The position numbers and the translations under genes are program-made. From contig NIVC01000025.1 of NCBI GenBank assembly GCA_002269645.1, positions 496,001 to 560,000 on the forward strand: a stretch of 64,000 nucleotides of DNA, written 5' to 3'. Under the pieces are notes generated by a model that searched no databases, had not been told where the DNA came from, and worked only from the letters and a program-made list of their open reading frames with translations. Shown one piece after another: positions 24,631 to 50,094 of the stretch (position 1 is the first letter of the stretch; every line of letters starts with the position of its first letter). Source of the stretch: Macrostomum lignano (taxonomy: Eukaryota).

Positions 24631-27327
24631 AACGGCCGTGCTCTTATCCTGGAATCTCTTGAAAAGGGATTTAGAGCGTCACTAATCCGGTGGGTCAGCG
24701 CATGATCAGCACTAAGGTAGCACCTGCAAGTTAGGCACAGATGCCTTAGAGGAGTGGGTGAGCAGCTCACCTCAGTGCTTATAGGCGTGGGGGCGGATGC
24801 GGCTCAAAGCAGACCAGAGTGCACAGCTTATACTAGCTGCAGGGATTAGAGAGGTGACACAAATTAAATTTGCTTTTTCCTATGCTCGCGTGCAAATTGT
24901 ACGGCAAAAAGTATAAATAATGGCTTGAATGACTCCTATAGCAGGAGAGCTTGTGGCAATCAATGTTCTTGCGGAAAAGAGTGGCTGTATATTATATAAT
25001 GACTGGATATACTGTAGTGTGTGCTTGGATTTATATGTCCAATAGCTGCAAACTTAAATGGTGTCCGCGAGGTCAAAAGCGCTGGTAGACTCCGCATAGG
25101 CCTGGCAGGCTATACATGTACTCGTACATGTACATTATATGTAGTTTCAAAAGCAGCTAAAGTATAAAAAGGCCAAAGTCTAACTGCAGACTTGATTTAA
25201 AAAACGCAACTCTGACATTGACTCAAATTTGATAGTGAAAAAGAAACTCCCATTTTTGTAATTTCACAGCTCGAGGAAAATCGAGGAAAATTCGGAGAGT
25301 TGGTAGTACATATATTTGACATCTACGTACAAAATGCCATAAACAGCACAGAAAAATATTTAAAAACTTTTTCGTGCACAATCAAACCTGCAATACTAAA
25401 TTATCAAAGACTTTTGCATATGATAAACGAAAAAGGTTAAGGAAAATTTAAAATGATAAAATTCTGCTTTCATTACAGAAATTTCAGGAATCTTGCAACG
25501 TGATATGCATTTTAATTTGCATAATTCGCGCGTAAATTAGATCCGTCATAACAAAATTTCGATAAATATAATGAATAATATACTTTAAAGAACAATCACC
25601 AGGCTACTCTTGTAGTTACTTTATCTAAATCAAACAAGAAGATTTATGTTCTCTAATTACTTTTATACATTTTCTCGATAAATATTCAAGTGGATTTTTA
25701 AATTCGTAACTTTAGATATTCAAGTTTTCAACTCAATACCGGTATACTTCCTTAGGTCTTACTTAGGTCGACTGTGCGACAGACCTTTAGTTAAAATTTA
25801 TATTTATAAAAAAACACTCGTTTTTCGTATCGCAACCAAAAACAAAGGTAAAGTGTGCTTTTTTACCCTTTTGTAGTTATTACACTAAATTTAACAGAGA
25901 ATTTCAACAAAAAAATTGCGCTTTACAACAACACAGTAAAAAAATTTTTTTTATTCGAATAATAGTGTACTATATACGAGGACTATGAATGATATATCAA
26001 TAACTTTAAAATCTATCGAGTATAAAAATCTAAAATTCAAATAATTTTGGCTGCTATAATGGATGAAGTTGTTGCTATTTGTCAAAATAGTGCAACCGAT
26101 GTTGCTGAATTCCTACAATTCGTATTTTATATAATCCAGTGTGATACTGCTCACCTTAATGGCATATAAAGTTAATTAATATAGTGTTATTTTATAAAAT
26201 TCACACCGTTTTAGGCCCCACAATTTAAGCATGGCTATCGGGGACATTCACCTGCAGTTGTTGTTCCCTGTGCTGGTCTGCGGCAACTCAATTTTAAAAG
26301 CGACCGACTTCAACATGCAGCAGGTAAAATAGTTTAAGATGTTTTGCAAAGTACATACGCCTCCAGTAGTAAAAAAAATTCCGACAATTTTTTATTATTC
26401 CTTTTTTTTACTTTGCTTCGAAAGCAGGAACACCAAAACCAAAATTGCACAACTTCCCACTAAAAAAGCTTGGTCGGATTCCGATCGGAAATGCAGCTCG
26501 GAAACCGAGTGGAAATTTGTCCCGGGAAATCCATTCGGATTCTGATCGGATTTGACGATCGGACTCATCCAGAGCTTTTCGTTTCACTTTCCGAGCTGAT
26601 ATAAATGACGAAGCACAAAGCGAGTACAAACATGCATGTGCTACAATGTAGCCGAAGATCAGTGTACACGCAGTCACGCATGTACATTTAGACAGCCCGA
26701 TCCCGTCTGAAAATTCAATGACACAAAGACCGGGTGTGCATCATTTTACATCAAATACAAAATTGCTCAATGGCAGCAGATGGAAAGGAATAATAAGTGT
26801 TTATTTAGTGTTTACAAAATAGAACATTGCAGCAACGCGTGGTGGGCCACCAAAGCAGTCACTAATAGGGTGCAGGTTGGAGACAGTTCGACAAGTATTT
26901 TATAGTTGTTAGGTCAATTTGATTAGGCCTAGTGTAGTGCGGCTGAAAATGTTCTGTTAAAATTGCACTAAATATTTAATTGTTGCTATATAGTAACTAT
27001 AGCAATTGCAAATAGCATTATTATGTTATTAATTTCTACTTTTTTGACCCTTGAAAATAAAGCAAATATTAATTATAAATTATTTTAATCGTTGTCTAAT
27101 TAAAATATAATCGCACCAGTTTGAAAAGCGCGCTGCAATCGAGTGAACAATTGTAAGGCGCTGCGCTGCGAGTGAACTGAAGACGTTAAATTGCTGTAGT
27201 GAAACTGTTCAAATTCGCGGCCTTCAAACCCAGTTGTACTACACTAGCATTTCGGTCTCGGAGCAGTTAAAATTTAAGTTAGCGCGAAGTTTCGACGAAA
27301 GGGACAATTTTTTACTATGCCACCAAG

Positions 27328-29838
27328 TTACATATTTTCCTCGTCAGTGCTGTCGGATATGCGTTGCACTCGCATCGTCGAGCGACGCCTGCTTGGAGTG
27401 GGGGCGCCATGCCCGCCGGCCACGTCCGATTCAGCTGATCCCTCGTGGCTTCGACGCTTCCGGACGCCATCGAAGAACCGTTCGATTGCCTTATTGATGT
27501 CGTGCAGCGTAAATGAAGAGCCCAACGCGTCTGAAATTTGACAATCACAACATAAGCAGGTTGTCAAGTCCACAACTGTTGACCTGAGAGAAATACATGT
27601 ATGAATTACGGCATGAATACGTATGGTTATGGCAGTACCCACCCCGTACATTTATCAGTACGTTGTATCAGACAGTATATCACTATTGATATCACTATTA
27701 AGAATCAACTCTGGTAATTGGTACATATGCGACAGTAAAGCATAACCTACCCTTCACAATCCCTCCAAAGCACTTGTCGAAAGACATCTTGGAGTTCTCT
27801 TGTTGGCCACGGCCTCGGGCATCCTTGCCGCCAGTGCGATTGAAGCGCTGCTGGAAGTCTCGCGCCAGAAGCTCGTTCATCGCATAGCGAACAGACTGAG
27901 TCACAGAAGGGCCCAGGCACTTTTTCTGAATGAACGAAGTCTAAAATTCACACATGAAAGCGTCTGGACCATTTCCCCGAGTCTACAGTACCGAAGTTCC
28001 GAACGCATGGTGGAAGTTTAATAGTAAGAGAAATGCTCATAAGATATTAACTAACCAGCGCAGTCTTGGCCTCCGCACTGGCAGAAATCTTCTCGACTGC
28101 ACTGTTGAGGTCGGCCTCGTTTGCGACAGGAAGCCCGAATGGAATTTCGAGCGTGGGTGCCGCAGCAGCTCCCCGGAGACTGGACGACTCAATCGTGGCC
28201 TTTAGCTTCATGAGTTCGCGAATGCTCAAGAGCTGCAGACAGTAGAGCCCTGAATAATGAGTTGAAAGTTGCATAGTAAATTAACTTCAATTTACGTGCC
28301 AGTTCCAAGCTAGACGCTGTCGATTTCATCCACCTAGCTGTTCAAGCAACGAGTGTGCGCTGGTCACCAGTTACATTTTGCGGCTGTTGTCAACTACTGC
28401 TATCTCAGCGTCAATAACAATAACTCCATTACCTTCAACAGATCCCCACGTGTACCCACAAGCCTCAACCTGGCTTCTGGCTTGCGTTTCCAGCTGAGGC
28501 AGAGCTGAAAACTGTGGATTAAATTTTCGTTAGAAACCGTGGCAAGTTCTGAAAAAAACTGTTGCAAGACTTCATGAAACGAGTTTTACAAATTACCTGC
28601 GCAGGCTGTCGCAGCTGTTCGCGCGAGAAGCTGGCTCTTGGGGCTGAAGTTGGAGTGCACGAAAACTGCCTAGACGGGTGTCGAGTAGGCGTCGAGCTTC
28701 CAGACGAATTGAGAGCTGCTTGAGGGTGCAGTCGCTCAAAGGCTGGGCTGTCGATCGACTGCGGTTCTGGTGGAGGTGCCATGGAGGTGCGGTTCTGAAG
28801 TTTCCTGACAGTGCTCTGCGCCATTGTGCCGTCGTAGGCCTGGGTTGGTAAAGAAATGATTAGAATAGATAATTTTTTTCTCAGCACGTTAATCTGTAAC
28901 ATAGTAGGAGAAATGATATACTCAACAGTAACCATACACGCATTGAATGAGATGATGCAGACATAACAGAGGTGTATAGATATAAACATAACAATGTGAT
29001 GTGTGACAACAAGCCGTCACGCTAGCCTGGCATTGGGGTGAGGTGAAGACAGTGTTAGATTAGAGAAATTAAAGAAAAGAATAAAATCCAAACTATTAAA
29101 ACTGTCTCAATCATTTTGTAATATGTCTGGCAAACTGCCAAGTGCAATAATTTGAAATTAATAAGCATACTGTACTCCAAATGCATGAATACATAAAGAC
29201 TATAAATGCTTGACATTTTTAAATAGACACAAATGTAAGCACGTACTTCTGCAATTCCCGAAGCTTGCAGAGTTGGCAGTGGAGGGAGGCAAACAACACC
29301 AGAAGACCCAGACAATGATTCACTTCTCTGTGTGGGACCCCGGTTGGCTTGTCCATGGCTGGCTGCATCAGCAACCTACAATTATATTATTTTATATTTT
29401 ATATTAACGCACGTGGCAGACCTTAGTTGTATACTAAATATTAAATTAAATATTATTTTACATTATACTTACAGCATCAATATCTGTTGCATCATTGTCT
29501 GTCTCAAGATTCTTCATAGGAGGAAATGTCTGTCTTTTGTTGGATCGAACACGATCTGGCAGAATTTTTAGTAGCTTGCTTGGACGATAGTGCTTCTCTT
29601 TGACCACAGCTCGTAGCATGGCAACAGTGTCACTGGTGTCACAGGCATGTGGAACAACTTGCAAAACAATGCAATCTTCCAACTTGTCATTATATATTAC
29701 CTGAATATGAACTTCTTCAAGTTTGTCCACTTGCCTCCATTGCTCAATAGTCCACTTAGTAAAAGAGCCAAGAAGGCAATCTTCCTCATCAGCTTCTATT
29801 ACTTCATAGTCAGAGGTAAAATACACAATAAACTTCAT
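27328..29838 (-). CDS. Multi-exon accessory (TnpA-equivalent, DUF4806-like) gene of the CACTA element
   Basis: Exons 29838-29473, 29375-29247 and 28839-28597 join in phase 0. One or two small exons at 28500-28290 are unresolved, followed by about 28240-28056, 27924-27747 and 27533-27328. The C-terminal pattern LPVANEADL..LKKCLGPS..AMNELL..FNRTG..KMSF..KAIERFF is typical of DUF4806-type proteins. Confidence 0.65.
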
Positions 29839-30364
29839 TGAGTCACTGCAACAAGATTACTGAACTAAAGTTTTATTATTTAATGATTTAGCAACTGCAC
29901 AAGACACTGCATGTACTAAGAAGGACTATTTACTCATTGTGGTGTAATGTTGGCCAAGCAGTAACTAAAGTTTTTACAGCATAATATGGCACATAACATG
30001 TAATTATTCCATTGGTGCGATCGATAATATATACTCATATTTGCAAGCACTTAGGAAGGTTATAATAAAGCATAGAAATTATACAAAACAATAATAATTG
30101 TTTTTTGTAATAAAATTAATTAATAATAATAATAAAAATAATAATGATCATCTTATTTCATACCATGATCCGAACAAATGCTTTAGTTTGTTAATGGCTA
30201 TAATGGCTATACTACTTCAATATTATATAATATATATGGAATTATATATTTTTTTATTCTAGACCTAATTAAATTATATTTGCTGACTGTATACACAATT
30301 ACATTTGTAAACAACTTAGGCAAGACACAATTATGGACGATGGACTTCAGGCAAATAACTTGAT

Positions 30365-32275
30365 TTACTTGATGCAAGGAATGACCAGATAGTCTCCGCC
30401 AAAGGGAATTAGAATGGCCTTCTTAGAAGGTTGCAAGTTGGATACAAATGTCTTTGAATGCTTATAGTAGCCTATGCCAATTGATTTTGATGGATATGGA
30501 TAGGAATAAAGGCTTCTATCAAATGTGAGAACCTGGCCTGAAATAAGACCATCATTTAAATTGGTGACAATGACAACCTTTCCATCAACAATAGCACAGT
30601 TATTAGGACTCTTATTAGTAAAACCAATGTCACCCAACTTGTCATTAGAATATAAAAATCTCACATTCAACAACTGGTTGACAGATTGGGCAAAAACATG
30701 ATTGGTACAACGAATTCTCTTCTTGATCAATTGCAAGTAGTTTTCAAAAGGGAAAGCTGAAAACGTGTCAAGTGGGCCATACATTTGCACAAACTCAGGA
30801 AGGTGCAACAGAGCATGCCAATTATAAGAAACTACACTGTTGTAATATAGGCTTGGTGCCTCAGCAACAAACTTTTTCAAACAAGCCTCAGCAGCATCAA
30901 AATAAATTTCACAGTACTCAGGTGAATTAAGGACTGAAATTGACCAATGCAATAATAGATAATGATTAAAGTAGACCTTTGGCAAGGTATTCTTAAAAAG
31001 GAACGGACCAAAGTACAAAAGACATTGGCGGAATTCCGTTGCTTTAAAGTATTCAATGTCAGCAAAAGTGCGAAGCCGTCTTTGAAAATCTGAAGGAACA
31101 AATTCCTTAATATACATTATTTTTCTATTTATTTCCTCTTTTAATTGGGATGACAACTTGCAAGCAAGTCGAATGTGCTTTGCTCCAAGGAAGTAAAATT
31201 TGAGCAACTTCTTTACAACCCCTAAGTAGACAATATGCATTGGGTCGGGTACAAAATTGGAATACATTGGAACAATCCTGGCTAGTGGAGAAATACCAAG
31301 TTGGTTATTTTCACGCCCTTGTTCATAATCTTGATTTGTTCGAGCCTCTGCAATGGTATTAGAAAAACAAATTCTGTCACCTGTGTAATTTCCTACTTGA
31401 CGACACCAACTACAGCCAAGATAACTGGAATGACCTTTCAAACATTGAATAAAGTTTCTAGCAGGTGTGTCACAGATAAAGACAATTGACTTAATAAAAA
31501 TTCTTTTCATATTATAGTCAAAACCATTCTGTAGACCTGCAATTTCAGAACAAAACCTTTCTAAGAAGACATGTAGGTCAGGCTTTCCAATGCCACAAAA
31601 AAGGCCAAATGGCACAGGTCTAAAACAATTATTTACTAGCATCAATATAGGCCAAAGATTGATTCTAGATGACTTGAATAAAGGAAGACCATCAACATTT
31701 ACCCTTAAGGAAACAAAGAAGTTTGTAATTCCAGATGGAATTGTAAGGATTTTGGAATCAAGTAAAAATTTCAAATTGTCCACAATGGAGAGAAAGGCAA
31801 CATGACCATTATTGACATTGAACCTCGTGATCTCTGTGCTTGGACACTGCCTCTTAAGCATGTAGACAGAAGTGGGTATGTCAGTGAAGAAACGAGCCAA
31901 AAGCCGAAGTAGGTAATTCATGGCAGCACTAGTAATATTGAATGTTATGTAAAACAATAGTAACTCTTGCACCAAAGTAAGTGGCGGAGGTCTATTATAG
32001 CCAAGAGAGTCATCTTGTTCTTCAACTTCTTCATCCATTTCTTCCTCAAAAAGAGCATGCATTTGGCTATCAAAGTCCATTGGCATTGGACCCACTGCAT
32101 CAAAGAATGTCTCTTCAGGCTCAGCATTGCTCTTTGTATCTTCATTTTGTCCCATCACATTTTCTAGATCTAGCCTAGCCTCAATATTTGTAGCCCCAAT
32201 CGTCGGAAGCTCTTGTAGTATTTCTTGCATTTCCCTGGCTACCTGTCTATTTGATGCACGACTTGGCAAAGCCAT
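30365..32275 (-). CDS. CMC/EnSpm-family DDE transposase, 636 aa, uninterrupted
   Basis: Motifs VNVDGLPLFKSS..LWPIL, FICDTPAR..KGH.SY.GC..C, DPMH..YLGV, KATEFR, H.LLHL...V..YGPL..FSAFPFEN. Confidence 0.9.
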   Translation of the reverse strand: MALPSRASNRQVAREMQEILQELPTIGATNIEARLDLENVMGQNEDTKSNAEPEETFFDAVGPMPMDFDSQMHALFEEEMDEEVEEQDDSLGYNRPPPLTLVQELLLFYITFNITSAAMNYLLRLLARFFTDIPTSVYMLKRQCPSTEITRFNVNNGHVAFLSIVDNLKFLLDSKILTIPSGITNFFVSLRVNVDGLPLFKSSRINLWPILMLVNNCFRPVPFGLFCGIGKPDLHVFLERFCSEIAGLQNGFDYNMKRIFIKSIVFICDTPARNFIQCLKGHSSYLGCSWCRQVGNYTGDRICFSNTIAEARTNQDYEQGRENNQLGISPLARIVPMYSNFVPDPMHIVYLGVVKKLLKFYFLGAKHIRLACKLSSQLKEEINRKIMYIKEFVPSDFQRRLRTFADIEYFKATEFRQCLLYFGPFLFKNTLPKVYFNHYLLLHWSISVLNSPEYCEIYFDAAEACLKKFVAEAPSLYYNSVVSYNWHALLHLPEFVQMYGPLDTFSAFPFENYLQLIKKRIRCTNHVFAQSVNQLLNVRFLYSNDKLGDIGFTNKSPNNCAIVDGKVVIVTNLNDGLISGQVLTFDRSLYSYPYPSKSIGIGYYKHSKTFVSNLQPSKKAILIPFGGDYLVIPCIK

Positions 32276-33659
32276 TAAATCAAATTAATCAATAAATGAC
32301 AATACTTATTTATTATTAGAACTAGCTTTTGCCTTATATGTTTTTAGTACACAATGTAGTCAATTATTTTAATTTGCAGTCTCTTTCAATATGAGAAATC
32401 TAGGACTAGCACTAGATAGAATTTATAGAATTGGCCCTTGTTTACTACTTTGCGATGGTCTGAATTGAAACTGGCTATGAGTATAGTACAATGTCAGTAT
32501 ATATTATGTATAGCTGGACAATTGGTGCCTATCATATACTGTACTCAAATATTAATAAGCTTCTGCAAGTGCCACTATGGTCAAAACTCACTATGCAGTA
32601 TTGCAGTATACCAAATTGTTCTTTTTAGGTATAGTATAATAGTTTTGGCTAGCTGTTATCACAAATAAACAATAATAATATATTTTATTACTGAAATTAG
32701 CGATTATATAGTCCGCCAGTAAAAAATTCAAGCATACAAGATAATAGGAGACTAAAGAAATGCACTAAATGAACGAAAGGAGTAGCATACTAGTATAGTA
32801 TTTGCGTGTAACCACAGATGAAGTTGCAGAGAGTTCAAAGTTGTGGTCTCACTGTCCTGTGTTGGCTAAAGGAGCTGTGTTCAAAAGAGCTGATGTTCCA
32901 AGCGAGCGCAAATTAGTGAAAATGGAAGTGTGCAAATTAAACTGGTCAATAGCTTCAACACTTGATCGCGTAAAACAAAGCTTGCTAGCTGTTCTTCTTG
33001 CAAATTGCGAGGGCGCAGAATTCCCGTCTAAAAGAGTTTTTTCTTCAAAGTGGACAGTCATCATACTAGTTGATAAGTATGCTGATATTTTTGCGAAGCT
33101 TGCGTTCAAAATTATTGTCGGAAAGTGACGGCTCGGGTGCAGTGTAAATTCCGGTCGGAATATGGAGCCTCATATTCCGGTATGTTTCCGGGGTGCTTCC
33201 GAGAAGCAAAGAAAGCCAGGAAATACTTTGTGTAGTTTTTGGATGTCATTGGAGCACATTTTTCATCGTTTTTTTGCTTGCAAATCTAGTTCCACCAGAT
33301 TCCGATTGCCCTGCTAAAATCCGGCCAGATTCCGATGTCAATCCGATAACCCGTTTTTAGTGGGTTATTTAAGTTTATTGTAATAAATTAGGGCCTGGCT
33401 AAATACAAAATGTAAATCAAATAAACAAAAAATATTTTTCTTTTAGCTAGGCCGCGATACATTGGAAGACCCAGCAAAAATTATTAGGTAAGGTTTTATT
33501 TTTTGTAATGCAACTCTATAAAAATTTAATTTGTACTACTGAGTTTTCTATTCCGTAAGTAGTTGTTCGAATTTCCGATGTTTTCGAAACAAGAATGTTA
33601 ATGTCCGCTGTGACTAAAATAGAATCGAATATTTTAGTTTCAATTTTTCTACTCAGTTG

Positions 33660-34050
33660 ACGCGTTAGTCAGCCAATTCTCTGTCTTCACTGTACACTGC
33701 TGTTGAGCGTGGATAGAGCGAAGGACTTGACTGGTCCAACATCCGGTCTCTGCCTATACATTGCTTCCTAGATTGATTCAGATTTGCTGCCCCTCTCCCC
33801 CTATTGAGCAGTTTGTTTGCGTTTGCCTGGTGAGCTGTCTTTATATATGCCTCCGTTATTCTGAATAGCTCTGCCTTCACTTCTTATCTAGAGGATATTG
33901 CCCTAGTCTCCAGTGTTAAATCTATTATTTTCCAGGGTTAATCTGGACTTGGGAGAACTGTCTGAACTATGACAGAGGTTTCCTAATTTTACAGTAAGTT
34001 AGCACAGAGGCGTTTAGGGAGCAAAGCAACTTCCAGGCACTTACCGGTGG
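33660..34050 (-). mobile_element. Possible decayed 3' end of a Penelope-like element (GIY-YIG C-terminus)
   Basis: EAYIKTAHQANANKLLNRGRG resembles the EAI.IK.....LNRD.G ending of PLE endonucleases; stops upstream. Confidence 0.3.
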
Positions 34051-34059
34051 GCGTCAGTA

Positions 34060-34280
34060 GGGGAGACAATGGGTGTCAGGAGGGTAAACAGTGGGTGTCA
34101 GGAGGGGAAACAGTGGGTGTCAGGAGGAGGGACTGGATGTCAGGAGGGACAATATGGATGTCAGGAGGAGAGACAGTGGATGTCAGGAGGAGAGACAGTG
34201 GATGTCAGGAGGAGAGACAGTGGATGTCAGGAGGAAAGACAGTGGATGTCAGAAGGAGGGACAATGGGTGTCGGGAGAAG
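34060..34280. repeat. 21-bp minisatellite (gacagtggatgtcaggaggaga-like)
   Basis: About 10 diverged copies. Confidence 0.9.
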
Positions 34281-34355
34281 ACAATGGTCTAGTTGTACTC
34301 GGAGTAAGCAATAAATTTTAATAACGCATTACCTTTAGCATCTACTAAAAGTAGA

Positions 34356-34742
34356 ATGTTGCAAACAAGAAAAACATTTTGCAGCCGGCAGAAACGCGAA
34401 GCTTCAAACGAATCGATCGCACTTGGAGGTGCAGCAAACGATTCTCTCTTGCCGGCAGACGCTGCTTCCAGAAGCAGCCGGCTCGGCTTCACCATTCGCG
34501 GTCGACGGGCCAGCGCGGCTCTGGCTGCCTCCTCGCTGGCGGCCGGCCTCCTGGTGCTCGCCTACGCGGTGCACAGGCGGAATCTGGCCGGCAGAAATCC
34601 AGCTCGGAACGGCGGCAAGAGTCAAAGAAAGTTGATCAGCTTCAAGGAAGAGGGCGAGTTCGGCGACTGGCTGGTGGCGCCAGTCAATGACGCAGGCGGC
34701 AGCTCCGGTAGCGAAGGCTTGGATGAATTTGAGCCTGTTTGA
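34356..34742 (+). CDS. Short orphan ORF or exon with one hydrophobic segment (128 aa)
   Basis: ATG at 34356, GC-rich island, ALAASSLAAGLLVLAYAV segment; the stop codon lies in the first unit of the adjacent minisatellite. Confidence 0.4.
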   Translation: MLQTRKTFCSRQKREASNESIALGGAANDSLLPADAASRSSRLGFTIRGRRASAALAASSLAAGLLVLAYAVHRRNLAGRNPARNGGKSQRKLISFKEEGEFGDWLVAPVNDAGGSSGSEGLDEFEPV

Positions 34743-35708
34743 GTCCCAAGTGTTTTGAGTCCCAAGTGTTTTGAGTCCCAATTGGTTTGAGTCCCAAGTG
34801 GTTTGAGCCAGAAGTGGCTTGTGTCCCGTATAGTTTGAGTCCCGTGTAGTTTGAGTCCCGTGTAGTTTGAGTCCCGTGTAGTTTGAGTCCCGTGTAGTTT
34901 GAGTCCCGTGTAGTTTGAGTCCCGTGTAGTTTGAGTCCCAAGTGGCTTGAGTCCCAAGTAGTTTGAGTCCCAAGTGGCTTGAGTCCCAAGTAGTTTGATT
35001 CCCGTGTAGTTTGAGTCCCAAGTAGTTTGTTTCCCGTGTAGTTTGAGTTCCGTGTAGTTTGAGTCCCAAGTGGCTTAAGTCCCGTGTAGTTTGAGTCCCA
35101 AGTGGCTTGAGTCCCAAGTGGTTTGAGTCCCGTGTAGTTTGAGTCCCAAGTGGTTTGAGTCCCAAGTGGTTTGAGTCCCAAGTGGTTTGAGTCCCAAGTG
35201 GTTTGAGTCCCAAGTGGTTTGAGTCCCAAGTGGTTTGAGTCCCAAGTGGTTTGAGCCAGAAGTGGCTTGTGTCCCGTATAGTTTGAGTCCCGTGTAGTTT
35301 GAGTCCCGTGTAGTTTGAGTCCCGTGTAGTTTGAGTCCCGTGTAGTTTGAGTCCCGTGTAGTTTGAGTCCCAAGTGGCTTGAGTCCCAAGTAGTTTGAGT
35401 CCCAAGTGGCTTGAGTCCCAAGTAGTTTGATTCCCGTGTAGTTTGAGTCCCAAGTAGTTTGTTTCCCGTGTAGTTTGAGTTCCGTGTAGTTTGAGTCCCA
35501 AGTGGCTTAAGTCCCGTGTAGTTTGAGTCCCAAGTGGCTTGAGTCCCAAGTGGTTTGAGTCCCGTGTAGTTTGAGTCCCAAGTGGTTTGAGTCCCAAGTG
35601 GTTTGAGTCCCAAGTGGTTTGAGTCCCGTGTAGTTTGAGTCCCAAGAGGTTTGAGTCCCAAGTGGTTTGAGCCAGAAGTGGCTTGAGTCCCGTGTAGTTT
35701 GAGTCCCA
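34735..35708. repeat. 16-bp minisatellite (gtttgagtcccaagtg / gtttgagtcccgtgta) with a higher-order duplication
   Basis: About 60 units; the variant pattern including agccagaagtggcttgtgtcccgtata recurs at about 34807 and 35254. Confidence 0.95.
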
Positions 35709-36252
35709 TGTATATTTTGAGTCTCACGTAGCTTGAATTTTTCATGGCGGCTCCTGTTTCTCAGAACTGGAACCCATATCCATAGCTGCAACGTGTATCA
35801 AAATAACAAAAAGTGGAGCCTATAGCCAATAACCAACGTTTTCGTTGAAAGTGTGTACCTGGTTCCACAGTATTCTCATTCCGTTTGGCACGCCTAATGT
35901 ACTGTCGTTTGTGGCGGTCTACAGTACTTTTGTTTTCACTGTTCGATGAACTTGCTTGTTTAACTAGCTTTCTGCAATGCGGTTTTTGTATTTTGTACAA
36001 AAGGTTTTCATTTTTATTGGTATAGATGCGTCTTCCGTGTGCACCTCTGTTTTGTTCATTGAATAGCACTGTAGACTTGACGAGCTGAATGGCAAATTTT
36101 GCTACTCAGACGCTATTCAAATAAAATATCAACCACTTATTAGTTGTAGCCATAAAATTTCTTTTGGCTAATTACGAACTACAATTTTGCACTACTCAAT
36201 TTGCGAGTAGTTGCTTAAATCATCAAGCCATAATCAAAAAATCGACGGACAT

Positions 36253-36985
<733 letters not shown>

Positions 36986-37136
36986 AATTTATTCACTACT
37001 TTAACCCAGTGCAACATTTATTAATCATACAGGCATCCACTCACCTCCCGGATACCAAACTCAGGTTATTGCCCATCAGAGGTATGAGTATCAACTACGG
37101 ACAAGAATATTGCAAAGAAGATTTCGCATCACACGT

Positions 37137-37154
37137 AGCCAATCGCTATAAAAG
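37137..37154 (+). promoter_or_regulatory. Possible CCAAT plus TATA element upstream of the Cys-loop gene
   Basis: gccaatcgctataaaag about 170 nt before the ATG; the spacing between the two boxes is atypically short. Confidence 0.25.
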
Positions 37155-37321
37155 TCCAACAAGTCCAGATGCATTGAACACCCAATCGGGGACACCCAAC
37201 TAGAGCAAGCCAGCCCAACCGGTCCTTAAAAGGGGGAGGGAATTTGTGAATTTACAATTTGCGTTGGCGTCAATGAACCAGCAAATCGTTTTTATCAGCA
37301 TCATTCTCTACAGTTCCTAGA

Positions 37322-50063
<12,742 letters not shown>

Positions 50064-50094
50064 GACTTACGAGCCTAATAGAATTCCTATGAAG

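Larger units (their letters stand above)
26456..33364 (-). mobile_element. Apparently full-length CACTA/CMC (EnSpm-like) transposon, 6909 bp
   Basis: TIR CCCACTAAAAA...TTTTTAGTGGG, TT TSD (26454-26455 / 33365-33366), subterminal attccgat repeats at both ends, two co-oriented genes. Confidence 0.9.

Noticed and set aside
35761-36069. Possible Helitron or other TE coding fragment
   Set aside because: No diagnostic motif or terminal structure could be identified.
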